A DNA stretch of 64,000 bases from Octopus vulgaris (Eukaryota). Made by a program: the position numbers and the translations under genes. Below the pieces are notes generated by a model. It made no database searches. It was not told where the DNA came from and worked only from the letters and a program-made list of their open reading frames with translations. Where the stretch lies: NCBI GenBank assembly GCA_951406725.2, contig OX597827.1, forward strand, positions 67,332,001 to 67,396,000. Reading direction: 5' to 3'. Below are positions 13,433 to 27,759 of this stretch, one piece after another (within the stretch, counting starts at the first letter, position 1; every line of letters begins with the position of its first letter).

Positions 13433-14377
13433 ATATATAGATGTGTGGGCCTAAATGAAGGAAAATGTTAAATTACTACTGCGTTACATAATTATGAATC
13501 CGATTACATTCAATGAATTATTCTGATATAAAATGATAACTGGAAACTATATAGAAATTTCCATAAAATAATCTGTAGGTGTTATTTCACGGAATACTTT
13601 TCAAAAGATATTAATAAAATGATATATTGGATTTTCATTATAATTATTATACACTTATACCTATAACAAATCTTGATTGGCTCATCATATAAATTACACC
13701 ATCTTGATTTGATGTATATACATTTAAATATGGAACAATATACGCTACTGCGAACTGAAGTTAATACATCATCTATGTATTAGAGACAATGCGTGAGACT
13801 GGGTGTAAGTATGTATAAAACCGTAAATTAAAGATTTATCGAAATACACTGTAGGCTATAAAATATGATGTCCACGGCACTTAAGTAGCAATAGAAAGAT
13901 TGTAGGTCTTAACAGGAAAACACAAACGAAAATCTTATTTGCAATGAAATGCATACTCAAGGATAATGGAAACAACATACTTTACCATATCATAATGCTG
14001 TTATCCTGGTGGCTATCTGCTTGAAAATTTTGAAAAATTTTATGATTTCTTTGTTGTCAGCAGTAATGTCTTTCTCAATACCGAAGCTTATTGAGTCTTT
14101 GTTCTCCACAGAGAATCCGCTATTTTTAGTTAACATATTTTAGACTGGAAGAAATGTACTTTTAAAGTTGATGTTTTCAATACAAGTCCTGCTTATGTCG
14201 GATTCGTTATTCTTGATACTCTGGAACTCGTATATATTCACATATTTCGAATTTAAAACGTTTCGAGTATTCACATGAGAGCCAAAACTGGCATGTTAAA
14301 GGGTGAGCTACAGATTATTGCGATTATTTTAACAAGCTGGTTCGAATAGTTATCGCGCCGAACAAAATGATTAGCTC

Positions 14378-14786
14378 CAGGAGTGGCTGTGTGGTAAGTA
14401 GCTTGTTAACCAACCACATGGTTCCGGGTTCAGTCCCACTGCATGGCATCTTGGGCAAGTGTCTTCTGCTATAGCCCCGGGCCGACCAATGCCTTGTGAG
14501 TGGATTTGGTAGACGGAAACTGAAAGAAGCCTGTCGTATATATATATATATATATATAAGTGTGTATATGTTTGTGTGTCTGTGTTTGTCCCCCTAGCAT
14601 TTCTTCACAACCGATGCTGGTGTGTTTACATCCCCGTCACTTAGCGGTTCGGCAAAAGAGACCGATAGAATAAGTACTGGGCTTACAAAGAATAAGTCCC
14701 AGGGGCGATTTGCTCGACTAAAGGCGGTGCTCCAGCATGGCCGCAGTCAAATGACTGAAGCAAGTAAAAGAGTAAAAGAGTAAGAG
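14378..14786 (+). mobile_element. SINE family B, full length
   Basis: caggagtggctgtgtggtaag...ccgggttcagtccca head, cttgggcaagtgtc CORE-like block, internal (TA)n, (gagtaaaa)n tail. Confidence 0.9.
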
Positions 14787-14984
14787 TATATATGTATATA
14801 CGTATGTATGTACGTACGTATGTATGTATGTAGGTATGTATGTATGTATGTATGTATGTATGTATGTATGTATATATGTATACACACCATGTTTTCGATC
14901 ATTTTTGTTTGTTGTCGTACACATTCGCTAGCATTCTTACAACAAAATAATCTAGTGCTCTTAGCTTAATCAACCAAGTATGAA

Positions 14985-15245
14985 CCATTTTGTTGTACAA
15001 TGTGTCTCCATCTTTCCTTTAACTTGCAAAATGCCCTCTTCCCAGAATTGAGGTGATTTCGTGGCAAAGAATTCGTCAAGGTATCTTTTTTCGTCATCCT
15101 AGGAATGGAAATTTTTACCATTAAGACTATTCTGCAGAGACCTGGAAATCCGAAGGAGCAATATCTGGTGAATATGGAGGTTGGGGTAACATATCCCAGC
15201 CGAGCTGCAGCAATTTTTGTCTGGTTCTCAAAGCATCAAGTGCCG
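14985..15245 (-). mobile_element. mariner transposase fragment (decayed)
   Basis: Minus-strand translation RTRQKLLQLGWDMLPQPPYSPDIAPSD, then FRSLQNSLNGK-like; YSPD.AP.D is the mariner motif. Confidence 0.85.
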
Positions 15246-15540
15246 AAAATGAACTTTCTTATCTTCCATTTTAAAGGGTTACAGAATTAACACACTTTAT
15301 AGGAACATAAACCTTCTTCCACAAAAAGCTTAAACTGTGCTCTAAATAAATGTGTAGTAAAATCCTATTTTATGGACTCAACCATGTTCTAAAATAAATC
15401 GAAAGGTACGAACTTTCCGGACGAACTTTCCGGACAACCCAATTCTAATCAAGTCCTGGATGCCAATATATATTACCCGCTCTCTACAAAAATTGATAGC
15501 CCTGTGCCAACATTTGAAACGTTTATTATAATTATTGTAA

Positions 15541-16580
15541 AAGCGGCGAGCTGGCAGAATCGTTAGCAGGAGCAGCATTTCGTCCGCCTTTTTTTTATTC
15601 TGAGGTCAAATTCCGCGGAATCTGATTTTGTCTTTCATCCAGACAATATCCATAAAATAAGCATCAGTCAAGTACTGTTGTCTGTGTACTTGATTAATCC
15701 CCTAACCCCAAATTTCAGGCTTTGTACCTGTATTAGAAAGGATCATTTTATTAGCACTCTCAAATCATATAATTGGGGATATTTCATCAGGCTTTACGTT
15801 GTGATTTCAGATTCCACAGGAATCAGTTTTATTTTTTTTATTCTTTGAGATCGATAAAATGAGAACCATTCGAGCAATGGAGACGATGTAATCTTATTTC
15901 TTTATTGCCCACAAGGGGTTAAACACAGGGGACAAACAAGGACAGACATTGACCCCAGTGCGTAACTGGTACCTAATTCATCGATCCCGAAAGGATGAAA
16001 GGCAAATTCGACCTCGGCGGAATTTGAACTCAGAACGTTACGGCAGACGAAATACCTATTTCTTTACTGCCCACAAGGAGCTAAACACAGGAGACAAACA
16101 AGGACAAACAGACGGATTAAGTCGATTATATCGACCCCAGTGCGTAACTGGTTCTTAATTTATCGACCCTGAAAGGATGAAAGGCAAAGTCGACCTCGGC
16201 GGAATTTGAACTCAGAACGTTGCGGCAGATGAAATACCGCTAAGCATTTCACCCGGTATGCTTACGTTTCTGCCAGCTCGCCGCCTTATGTAATCTATTA
16301 GCATCTTCCAAAATTGCAAGACTTGAGCCAATAGCAGAAAGGATCGTTATTATTATAGTAAAGGCAGGGAGCTGACAACATCGCTAGCACGCACGCCGGA
16401 CAGATTACTTAGCATCATTCCGCAGTGGGGTCGATGTGATCAACTTAATCCCTTCCCCAAAATTTAAGGCCTTGTGCTTCCAGTATAAAGGATATAAGTA
16501 CCAGCTGAGCACTGGGGTCTATGTAATAGACTTAGCCCCCTTCCCCAAAATTGCCAGCCTTGTGCTAAAATTTGAATCTG
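15541..16580. mobile_element. Cluster of family C SINE copies (+ 15541-15745, - 15893-16287 partly duplicated, + 16361-16580)
   Basis: Matches to the family C consensus in both orientations. Confidence 0.8.
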
Positions 16581-16594
16581 CTATTATTGATTGT

Positions 16595-16859
16595 ACGTGG
16601 AGGCGCGTGGCTTAGTGGTTAGGGTGTCAGCATCATGATAGTATGATTGTGGTTTCGATTCCTGGACCGGGCGATGCGTTGTGTTCTTGAGCAAAATACT
16701 TCATTTCACGTTGCTCCACTCCACTCAGCTGGCGAAAATGAGTAACGCTGCGATGGACTGTCGTCCCGTCCAGCTGGGAAACTCGTACGCCATAGAAACC
16801 GGGAACCCGGGTCCGTGAGCGTGGCTAGGGTTTAAAAGGGAGCATTTATTTATTTCATT
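16595..16859 (+). mobile_element. SINE with family A-type head and a third tail type
   Basis: 13-bp TSD tattattgattgt at 16582-16594 and 16860-16872; tail gcgatggactgtcgtcccgtccag...gaaaccggg. Confidence 0.85.
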
Positions 16860-16993
16860 TATTATTGATTGTGGAGGATCATACTCGGTTCTTTTGAATG
16901 TTGCCATTTAGTTTCGGTCTCCTTTCGTGAAACCCTCGTCTATGACACAACTTCGTTTATTCCAGGCACGAACTGAAGAAAACTCTAAGATAT

Positions 16994-17550
16994 ACTCTTT
17001 TACTCTTTTATTTTTTTCAGTCATTTGACTGCGGCCATGCTGGAGCACCGCCTTCAGTCGAGCAAAATAGACACCAGGACGTATTCTTTTGTAAGTCTAG
17101 TACTTATTGTATCGGTCTCTTTTGCCGAACCGCTAAGTTATGGGGACGTAAACACGCCAGCATCGGTTGTCAAGCGATGTTGAGGGAACAGACAAAGACA
17201 CACAAACACACACACACATATATACATATATATATACATATATACGACGGGCTTCTTTCAATTACCCACGACCAAATCCACTCAAATGCTTTGGTCGGCC
17301 TGAGGCTATAGTAGAAGATACTTGCCCAAGGTGCCACGCAGTGGGACTCAACCCGGAACCATGTGGCTGGTAAGCAAGCTACCTTCATTCATTAAATTTG
17401 CCTTGTAGGCAGCACATAGATAAGGTAGCTTTGCGGGCTGGACACAGACATTGATGAGGTGAATGATTATGATACAAAAATGATGGGAGAAGACAGAAAG
17501 CGCCCGCCGACCCTTTACAATCTACTTACCACACAGCCACTCCTGCGCCT
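16994..17550 (-). mobile_element. SINE family B with a 139-bp insertion in its head
   Basis: Family B match resumes at 17522 after the insert 17383-17521. Confidence 0.85.
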
Positions 17551-18348
17551 ATATGCAAAAGAAAAATATCGGCTTGGCGGCAGCGGCGGCGGTGGTGGTA
17601 GTGTTGGGGGGGTTGTGTTTGTGCTGGTGGTGGTGGGTGGGGGACGAAACGTGTAACAATGGTATAGGCTGTAGTCACAATAGTGGTGTTGGCGGTGAGA
17701 TATGAAATACCTGTAAAGAATGAGGTTTATGCCAATGTGCTAATTAAAATTGTACTAGCAGAGAATCGAGAGTGGCGACGTTGGTGGTGCTGATACGCGT
17801 TGTTGTGGTTGGTGTTGATGTTGGTGTTAGCGTTGATTGTTGTGGTAGTGATGATGATGCCGGTACATGTCTGTATGTCTGTCTGTGTGCGTGTCTGTAA
17901 GAGAGAGACTGAGAGAGAGAGAGTCTAATGTAATATTCGAACAGCAGGATATCGAGATAGGAAACATTAAGATTTCGAAATCACAGCAAAGAGAAATTAA
18001 TATGGATTAAATGAAAATACAAAGATCTAAATAAATTACTAAACAAACAAAGAAATTATATATTAAAAATAAATAAATAAAAATTGCGCTATAATACGTT
18101 TTGCATTCTTGAGGCTAGGGATTGTTGTTGCAATGTTGTTGTGTTGGTGATGTTGGAGATGGTGGCGCTGTTGATGTTGGCGACGGCGACGGCATTCCAA
18201 ATAATTCGTTCGATCTCATCATTTTCATTATTTTCAATTTGTATTAAGAACATTAAAAAAGAAAACGTAGAAAATAGTACTTTCACTCACTCAATCTCTC
18301 TCCCTTTCTTCTCCCCGTCTCTCTCTCTCCTCATCTCTCTCTCATTCA

Positions 18349-18396
<48 letters not shown>

Positions 18397-18508
18397 GCAT
18401 GTACATATATGTGTGTGTGTATTAATGTAAATGTATGCATCTGTGTATACACACAGAAATATATAAATATGTGTATATATAAATATATATATATATATGC
18501 ATATATGG

Positions 18509-18552
<44 letters not shown>

Positions 18553-18900
18553 TAATAATATATATGTAAATCGATAATATTGTAGGTCAATATGATTACG
18601 TCAATTAACAATACATATTTATGTACGCAAATGTATATGTATGTGTGTATATATAGATACTCGTAATTTAGTGTAATACATCCCTATGTGTTCGTATGTA
18701 TATGAAGGCAAAAATATACGCTTGCGATCACGTAGGCACGCAGACATACACAAACAAATATTTACATACATATGCATACACACAGATGTATACATAATAT
18801 TACATACGGATGTGTGTGTATATATATACGTGTATGTGAATATATATATATATATATATGTATATATATGTACATATATCTGTATATATATGCATATATA

Positions 18901-18954
<54 letters not shown>

Positions 18955-18999
18955 CATACATACATATATACATATACATATATACATACATATATACAT

Positions 19000-19061
<62 letters not shown>

Positions 19062-19370
19062 GCGAAAAGTGGAAGAAAATGGTAGGGGAATAGAATTATG
19101 ATATAAGGAAGAAACAGCATAAAGAATGATAATGGGACGTAATACGGAAGAAACAAACAGGGAATGAAAGAAAGATGGAAGGATAGACAGAAAAAAAACA
19201 AGAAAGGGAAAGTAGGAAAGAAAAACAAAGATAAAGAGGCCATGAAAGAATCACGAAGAAAAAAGATAGACTCTACCGGAAATTTTATGTCTGATGTAGA
19301 GAAAAGAGAGACAGAATTATTAAAGGACATGGCAACTATGAGGCTTCTTTGAGTGTGTATGTGTGTGTGA

Positions 19371-19406
<36 letters not shown>

Positions 19407-19665
19407 CTGTGTGTGTGAGAGAGAGAGAGTGATAGAGAGAAGAAGTGTGTGTGTGAGAGAGAAAGAAAGTGTGTGTGTGAGAGAGATAGTGAGAGAGAGA
19501 ATGTATGTGAGAGAGAGAAATTGCGATGAACTTAGCAACGAAACTTAGTAAGGCAAGGAGAATAGTGAAAAAAGGAACATGGCAATAAAGGTGACGCTGC
19601 GGTGTGTTTACCCCGAGTCGGTGGTGGATCATACATAGTCTTGCACAGACTTTTGCTTATATGGT

Positions 19666-19985
19666 ATCAGAGTTTGGCACAAGGCCCACCAATTACGGGA
19701 AAGGGAGTTAGCCAACTACATCAACTCCAGTACCTGACTGGTACTTATTTCATCGACCCCGAAAGGAAGAAAGGGCAAAAGTCTATCTCGTCAGAATTTC
19801 AACTCAGAACGTGAAGTAAAGGTGCAGATATAGTTTTGTTGTTTAAATACTCGCTTTGCTACTGCCTAATTTAGGGATCAGTCCCACTGGGAATGTCTTC
19901 TACGGTGATGTCTTCTACTGGAGCGCTTGTCCGACAAATAAATTTTGAGTGAATTTAGTTGACGGAAACTGTAAAGAAACCTTTT
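19666..19985. mobile_element. Decayed family C (-) and family B (+) SINE fragments
   Basis: catcgaccccgaaagga...aactcagaacgt; tcagtcccactg...gacggaaactg. Confidence 0.65.
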
Positions 19986-20319
19986 ACATGTCTATATTTA
20001 TGTGTTTATGGGTTTGGGCTGCTGGTCTTTGCACTCTGCCAACACCACCACCACCACCACCACCACCACTCCGCTTGAGAACCCCTGTTGCGCCTTATAG
20101 CCTACCACGATTGGGAATAGCCATAACCGCCATTTCTTTTCTCGTCAATTCTGCAAAAAGGTTTTGGTATTTAGCATGCTTTGAGTCAGTTAATGGATCG
20201 CAGACTTCTTCTCGTGATTTATTCATGTAAGAAAATCTGCCTGGAAACATTCTGGGTATGTATCAGAATGCACCAGAATACATATATAGAGACGGAGACA
20301 CAGAAAGAGATGAAAAGAT

Positions 20320-20417
20320 ATCATCATCATGATCATCATCATCATGATCATCATCATCATGATCATCATCATCATGATCATCATCATCATGATCATCATC
20401 ATCATCGTCGTCGTCGT
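20320..20417. repeat. (CAT)4GAT 15-bp minisatellite
   Basis: Direct reading. Confidence 0.95.
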
Positions 20418-20676
20418 CCGTTTTGATGTTATTACGCAGTAACATATATCTCCATATTCTAAAAACTTACATTTAAGAGTTATGAGAGTTATGTTTGAGT
20501 TTTATTTTATGTACAGCAAAATTACAATGCACACAGATTCATACCTGCGTAAATACAGGAGAACGTATGTGTGTGTGGCTGAGTGTGTGCGCGTGTATGC
20601 ATATATGCAACCATATATATATAAACATGCGTATCAGTTTATGGCTGATATTTATATGTGCGATTCAAATTCTCTC

Positions 20677-20877
<201 letters not shown>

Positions 20878-20901
20878 GAATTTTCTGCTGCTTTAAATAA
20901 A

Positions 20902-20940
<39 letters not shown>

Positions 20941-20942
<2 letters not shown>

Positions 20943-21105
20943 CGCAGGAGTGGCTGTGTGGTAAGTAGCTTGCTAACCAGCCACATGGTTCCGGGTTCAG
21001 TCCCACTGCGTGGCATCTTGGGCAAGTGTCTTCTACTATAGCCCCGGGCCGACCAATGCCTTGTGAGTGGATTTGGTAGACGGAAACTGAAAGAAGCCTG
21101 TCGTA
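20941..21105 (+). mobile_element. SINE family B 5' half
   Basis: Near-identical to 14378-14537. Confidence 0.9.
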
Positions 21106-21837
21106 TATATGTATATATATGTGTGTGTGTGTGTTTGTAAAAGAGTAAAAGAGTAAGAGTATATATGTATATACGTATGTATGTACGTACGTATGTATGT
21201 ATGTATGTATGTATGTATGTATGTATGTATACACACCATGTTTTCGATCATTTTTGTTTGTTGTCGTACACATTCGCTAGCATTCTTACAAAAAATATAG
21301 TGCTCTTAGCTTAGACTCTCTTTTTGGGGAGCGGGGGGTAATCAGATCGAACTGTCTGAAGTGGAACTGCTCGAAACAGTAAGGACATCTGGTATCTTGA
21401 CTGAAGAAAGAAGGCCACGAATGACTCGCCTTCTTCTTCCCATGTAATTCTAATTGTAGTTTCTCCTGTCCACCCTTGTATCGTCTAACTGTCCAAATGT
21501 CTTATTGTCCTCTACTGCGTTTTTGTTCCATTTTTTATATTTATATATACATATAGCGGCGTACGTACACGCTTGTGCTCACCATATATAGATATATTTA
21601 TTTATTTATTTATTTGTCATAATACATTATAAGTTCATAGCTGTATTGCATCTTGAATACAAACTACTCTTATAACGTATTTATGTTAAATCATATTCCC
21701 ATGCATATTTCTAGTATATGTATATTCATTGATATACATCTGTGAAAACCTTCTTAACTGTATCGCTAAATCATTAATCATTTCTGTGTGTAAGCTTGGG
21801 CATTTGAGTATATGTTTGTGCACGCGCGACCGTGTTT

Positions 21838-21888
<51 letters not shown>

Positions 21889-21896
21889 TGTCTGTG

Positions 21897-21928
<32 letters not shown>

Positions 21929-22286
21929 CGTGTGTATGTGTGTTTGCAACTCCGTCTTAAATTGAGGGAGCTAGTTTGGTGAGTAGGTATCTCATTAGAT
22001 AAATTAGCAGATAGTCTATTAGGCCATATGTGTACGAGCGTATAAGAAGATATATGTATAGCATCTGCCGTATGTAATATAGTGAATTGAAAAACTTCGA
22101 TTAACTGAGATTATCCATGCAATTAACAGAGAAAAATCTCCCTGTAGGCGTTATTAGGGCATGCGCAGAGGAACATACACATATTACATATTTACATATA
22201 TATATATATATATATACATACATACATAGAGATAGTTAGGTAGATAGATAGATAGATATAATAAATGTATGGTTCTATGGATGTTT

Positions 22287-22319
<33 letters not shown>

Positions 22320-22727
22320 GTATTTTTCTTTTATTTAAGACAAATATAACACGAGACATCAATAGTAGATCTCAACATTTGATTCTGTACCACAATCCAG
22401 CTTTAAGTTACTGAAGTTGTCTTCATATAACATTATACAAGATTAGGCTTTATAATTCCGGTGTTGTTGCATATTCTGCATCAACGGCCGTGTGTAGGAT
22501 ATCCGTCAGGTGGACTACAGTTATAACTTGCTGGATTTTTCTCAGTCATGTGGGTATAAGATCTTTATAACTTCACCGATGAAATTATCAGGGTCCCAGG
22601 GAGACAAGCACAAATACAAATGATGTATTACAACGCCACCTACAAGCATAACAATAAAATATTTGGTGGTACTATCATTGTCTTATTAATACATTTTAAC
22701 AAGACACAGACACACATGCACATACAT

Positions 22728-22777
<50 letters not shown>

Positions 22778-22778
22778 A

Positions 22779-22981
22779 TCTATACTATATATTTGTAAAA
22801 AAAAGCGGACGTTGTTTCACAAGCAGTTGTGCAGGCAAAAGTGTTAGTAAATGTGGTTGGATTGACCTGAAAATTTGCACACCTACGTTGTCCAATTGAA
22901 AGGCGTGGCCTCTAGGGCAAAATTCCTCATCTACAAAATGTAGTCTGAGTAGACCCGAATGAAATCGGGTTATAATACTAG
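22779..22981 (+). mobile_element. Non-autonomous Helitron (203 bp)
   Basis: 5' TCTATACTATAT after A; 3' hairpin acccga-atgaaa-tcgggt (22953-22970), then CTAG followed by T; no TSD. Confidence 0.8.
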
Positions 22982-23457
22982 TATATATATATATATGTGT
23001 GTGTGTGTGTGAGTGTGTGTGTGTGTGTTTACACATATATAGATGTATGCATACACATATACATGGATAGATACATACATACATACATACTTACATAGGT
23101 GCAATGACGCATGGGTTAGGGTATTGAACTCACGATTGTGTACTCGTACTTTTTTCCCGTTCCCTGGACGGTATAATGCGTTGCGTTTTTGAAAAAAACT
23201 TTTCATCCCAAGTTGCTTTACAATAATTTCGACACTTGACGTGTGGTACATATTGCAAGTATTCATGCAATATCGATTTGTGGAAAGAATAAGCTAATGT
23301 GTAGCGCAAACATTTCATCACCGTAAACAAATTATTTGTCTCTGCTGTTCAGCACGAAATTGCAGAACCCTCTATATCGGACTACAAGAAACTATCATAT
23401 ACATATATAAGAATATTCATAATCTAACGAAGCGAATACAGGATTTACGTGTATATA

Positions 23458-23517
<60 letters not shown>

Positions 23518-23520
<3 letters not shown>

Positions 23521-23672
23521 GTGTTTAGTGAGAAGAAGTTTGGTTCCCAACCACATAGTTTCAGACTCAGTCCGAAAGTGAGATGCCTTGGACTAGTGTC
23601 TTCTACAATAGCCTCAGGCTGACCAAAGCCTTATTAATGGATGTTGTAGAAGGATAGTGAAAGAAGCCCATC

Positions 23673-23674
<2 letters not shown>
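23518..23674 (+). mobile_element. Decayed family B SINE
   Basis: gtgtcttctacaatagcctcaggctgaccaaagcctt...gaaagaagcccatcgtata. Confidence 0.75.
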
Positions 23675-23714
<40 letters not shown>

Positions 23715-24423
23715 TATGTGTGTGTGTGTAGTGAATGTGTGTGTACCACAGTGTGTGTGTGTGTGAAATAGCGTCAAAGTGTGTGTGTTTGTATGTATGT
23801 ATGCATGCATATATGTATGTATGCGCGTGTTTGGAAGGCAGACACAAACAGGTAAGAGAGAATGAATTGACGGCAATCTATCATACAATTTTAAGTTATC
23901 TACGGACGCACGTTTCGAAATCAAGATACTGAGTTGAGTTGGTGCCTTCTAGTATCTCAAAATTCAATATATAATCATTTATGATAAAAGAATACATAAA
24001 TACCGGGCAATAAGTCTTATACGATTTTTCAAAACCGTCATAGATGTTTCCAACTGTGCATCACTTGTACAAAATATAAAATGGAGGCGGTTTTCGCTTA
24101 GAAATAACTCCTTTCATCTTGTGCCCACACCATGAGAAGTCTTCATCACTCATGACGTACCATCAAGGTGATCCTGAAGCTTTTTTTCATGATCCATATC
24201 AATCTGTTATAGTTGTTTTTAATACAACACACACGCGTGCGCGAAGACACACAGACACACGCTATTTCAGTTTCTCTCTATCTTTTTACTTTTCGCTATC
24301 TCTATTTCTTTCTCGCTCTAATTTACCCAGCTAACTAGCTAACTAGCTGTCTCTCTTAATCAAGCAACCAATTATTCTCTGAATCACTCACAAAATCAGA
24401 ATATATGTATGTGTGTGTGTGTG

Positions 24424-24467
<44 letters not shown>

Positions 24468-24559
24468 TATGTATGTATGCATGCATATATGTATGTATGC
24501 GCGTGTTTGTGTGATTGCGTGTATACGTGTATCTATCAAATTATATACGTATATACAAT

Positions 24560-24621
<62 letters not shown>

Positions 24622-24682
24622 CAGGAAGCAGGTGGAATACTGATACATATGTATATATAATAACCAGAATCATGTATGATAG

Positions 24683-24720
<38 letters not shown>

Positions 24721-25024
24721 GCATACATACACATGTGTGTGTCTGTGTATGTGTATGTATGTGCGCGTGTGCGCAGGTATGTATGCACATACCTACATAC
24801 ATAGATTCCGTCACGAACTAAAAATCTTTTTAAATATTTGTTTCATATTTTCTTTATCTTTTTTTTTTGTTCCTCGCAGATATTCTAAATAAATGTGGGA
24901 ATAAAATAAAATATAGAAATTATTATGGTAAAATGTAATTAGTATTAAAAGAAGGGAGGAATTTAAGAAAGTAACATCTTAAAACATTATTTAAGAAAGT
25001 AATATCATAAAAATAATTCATTAT

Positions 25025-25500
25025 AGACGCAGGAGTGGCTGTGTGGTAAGTAGCTTGCCTACCAACCATATAGTTCTGGGTTCAGACCCACTGCGTGGCA
25101 CCTTGGGCAAGTATTTTCTACTATAGCCTCGGGCCGACCAAAGCCTTCTGAGTGGATTTGATAGACGGAAACTGAAAGAGGCCCGTCGTATATGTGTGTG
25201 TGTGTGTGTGCGAGTGTCCTTGTGTGTGTATGTTTACCCTCCCCCCTCCAACATTTCTTCACAACCGATGCTGGTTTGCTTACGTGCCCACGTTCCCGTA
25301 ACGAAGCGGTTCGGCCAAAGAGGACCGATAGAATAATTACTAGGCTTACAAAGAATAAGTCATGGGGTCGATTTGCTGAAAGGATGCCGATAGAATAAGT
25401 AGCAGGCTTATAAAGAATGAGTCCTGGGGTCGATTTGTTCGACTAAAGGCGGTGCTCCAATATGGCATGGCCGAAGTCAAATGATTGAATAACAATAAAG
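25025..25500 (+). mobile_element. SINE family B
   Basis: Consensus match with a short internal duplication near the 3' end. Confidence 0.88.
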
Positions 25501-25717
25501 GAAAACATATATACTGGGCGATAAATCGTATACCATTTTTTAAAACTGTAATAGTTGTTTCCAACTTTGTATCACTTGTACAAAATATAAATTGGAGGCG
25601 GCTTGCGTTTATAAATAACTCCTTTCATCTTGTGCCCACACCATGAGAAGTCTTCAGCACTCATGACGTACCATCCAGTTGATCTTGAAGCTTTTATTCA
25701 TGATCCATGTCAATCTG

Positions 25718-25915
25718 ATTCGACATGTTAGATCGCAATCCGCCACACATTCTTTATTTTCTCTCCTTGTTTTCTTTCTGTGTTCCTTTCTGTGGAAGAG
25801 CGTAGGCTCGAAACGTTAAAGACTTTTTCACTTCCCGAGCGTTATACTAATACATCTGTTTGTTGCCTGCACAACCTGTCTTCGTCTTTCGTTTTTTTTT
25901 TTTGTGTGAATTCTC
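25718..25915 (+). mobile_element. HHR-bearing element family D, copy 1 (HHR 25786-25821)
   Basis: 8-bp TSD tcaatctg at 25710-25717 and 25916-25923; cttt CTGTGGA a gagc-gtag-gctc GAAAC GTT aaag. Confidence 0.85.
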
Positions 25916-26464
25916 TCAATCTGTAACAGTTGTTTTTAATACCACACACACACACACAGAGACATGCGCTATTTCAGTTTCTCTCTATCTTTTCGCTTTT
26001 CACTACCTCTCTATTTCTACGTATTATCTGATCACATTTCATCTCCCTAAATATCCTACTTATTTTCAGGTTGGCACTTAGATATTTGCATGCATAATCA
26101 AGTGCATTAATGTTTATCATGATAAATAATAACTTTACAACGGAGGCAAAGAAGTTGAAGGTTTCGAAACAGTTCTCCATAAATATGCTCCACAGTGATT
26201 TTAGAAAAACATTTTACAGAACTGGATTCTATGAGACGCTTTGATTCGTTCTGTTAGTAATGCTGATATATGTAATGAACTGAACAACAATATATATGCA
26301 TTTATTTGCATGTATGTATGTATATATGTATGTATGTATATACGTATATGCATGAATATAGACGAGATTTGGTAGTTCGTATACAAATATATATGTGTGT
26401 ACGTATTCACATAATTCGCATAAATATATTTACAAACATATAAATGCATATATATGTATGTATG

Positions 26465-26513
<49 letters not shown>

Positions 26514-26808
26514 ATATATAAATATATATATATGTATATATATATGTATATATATATGTGTGTGTGTGTATATATGTATATATATATGTATGTATGTATA
26601 TACATATATATATATGTTCTGTTGCGTATACTTGTGTGTACGTGTGCATGTGCGTTTGCATGTTGTGTACGTGTGCACGCGTGCGTATGTGCGCGTGTGT
26701 ACGTGCGTGCATCTGCTTGCGTGCGCCTGTTTATTTTCCATTGTTTTATTTTTCCGATTCATTATATCGCTCTATTTCTTTTAATTCTTTCTGAAATCAC
26801 TGCACCTT

Positions 26809-26854
<46 letters not shown>

Positions 26855-27759
26855 TCTTCCTGTCCTACACTCACACAGATGTGCATATAGATATGAATTA
26901 TACACTCAGTCTATCTGTATAACTTATTTTTGCAAAAGTAATCAATTTATCTATGTATTTATATATCAAGGAAGCTATTCATCCGTACATCTATTTATAT
27001 ATTGAATCATTCATTTTTTAAAAAATTAACTACGTATCTCTGCGCCTCGTTGTGTATGTATGTGTGTCTGTTTTAGTTATGAGTGAATTAGACAGAAAAA
27101 TAGACAGAAAATTATAGATTTCTGCATTACATCTGCGCATTCGGTAGGGCGTGATATTGGAAATTAACGATATAAGTACGTAGGATGTTTGAAATACACG
27201 ATATTAAAACGGAGTGTATTTGAAATACAAGATAGGAAAATGCAGTTGTGTTGAAACAAGTATCATCAAAATAAGTAATATTGGAAGTAGGGTATATCAA
27301 ACGACGGATGCATGGAAATCTCAGAAACAAACTTTGCAAAATTTGAAATAGTGGTTATGAAAACACATAGTGCTGAAAACAAAAATATCAGAATACATAA
27401 TTGTTTAAAATAATGCATATCAAAATGTAGGATATTTCAAGTAGAGGATATCAAAATATAAGACATTCGAAGTACAAAGCATCAAAATGTACGTTTGTGA
27501 TAACTGATTCAAATTTTGGCATACGAACAGCCATTTAGGGGAGGCTGCTAATCGATTAGATCGATCACAGTACTAGCTGGGACTTATTTTTTGTACGACT
27601 AAAATAATGAAGGACAAAGTCAGCTTCGATTGAGTTTTTGCTCATATTTGATAGAAGAAATGCAACTGAGCATTTCATTCGGCTTGCTAACATTCCTGCC
27701 GACTGGCCGCCATTGAGTTCTCTAAAATAGTAGGTCACTGGATTTGTATGATATCCAAA

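Larger units (their letters stand above)
24016..26000. repeat. Diverged local duplication (24016-24306 versus 25525-26000)
   Basis: Shared ataactcctttcatcttgtgcccacaccatgagaagtcttca.cactcatgacgtaccatc; copy 2 carries an extra insertion. Confidence 0.9.

Noticed and set aside
13980-14220. Protein-like minus-strand reading (SIKNNESDISR...)
   Set aside because: In-frame stops and no recognisable homology.
20320-20417. His/Asp-rich protein or CRISPR-like array
   Set aside because: A simple CAT/GAT minisatellite without unique spacers, in eukaryotic context.
24022-24205. Duplicated segment as a tandem coding exon
   Set aside because: Stops in all minus-strand frames across the segment in both copies.
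27140-27500. Periodic atcaaaat/gaaata motifs
   Set aside because: Looks like a heavily decayed minisatellite; no unit could be defined reliably by eye.
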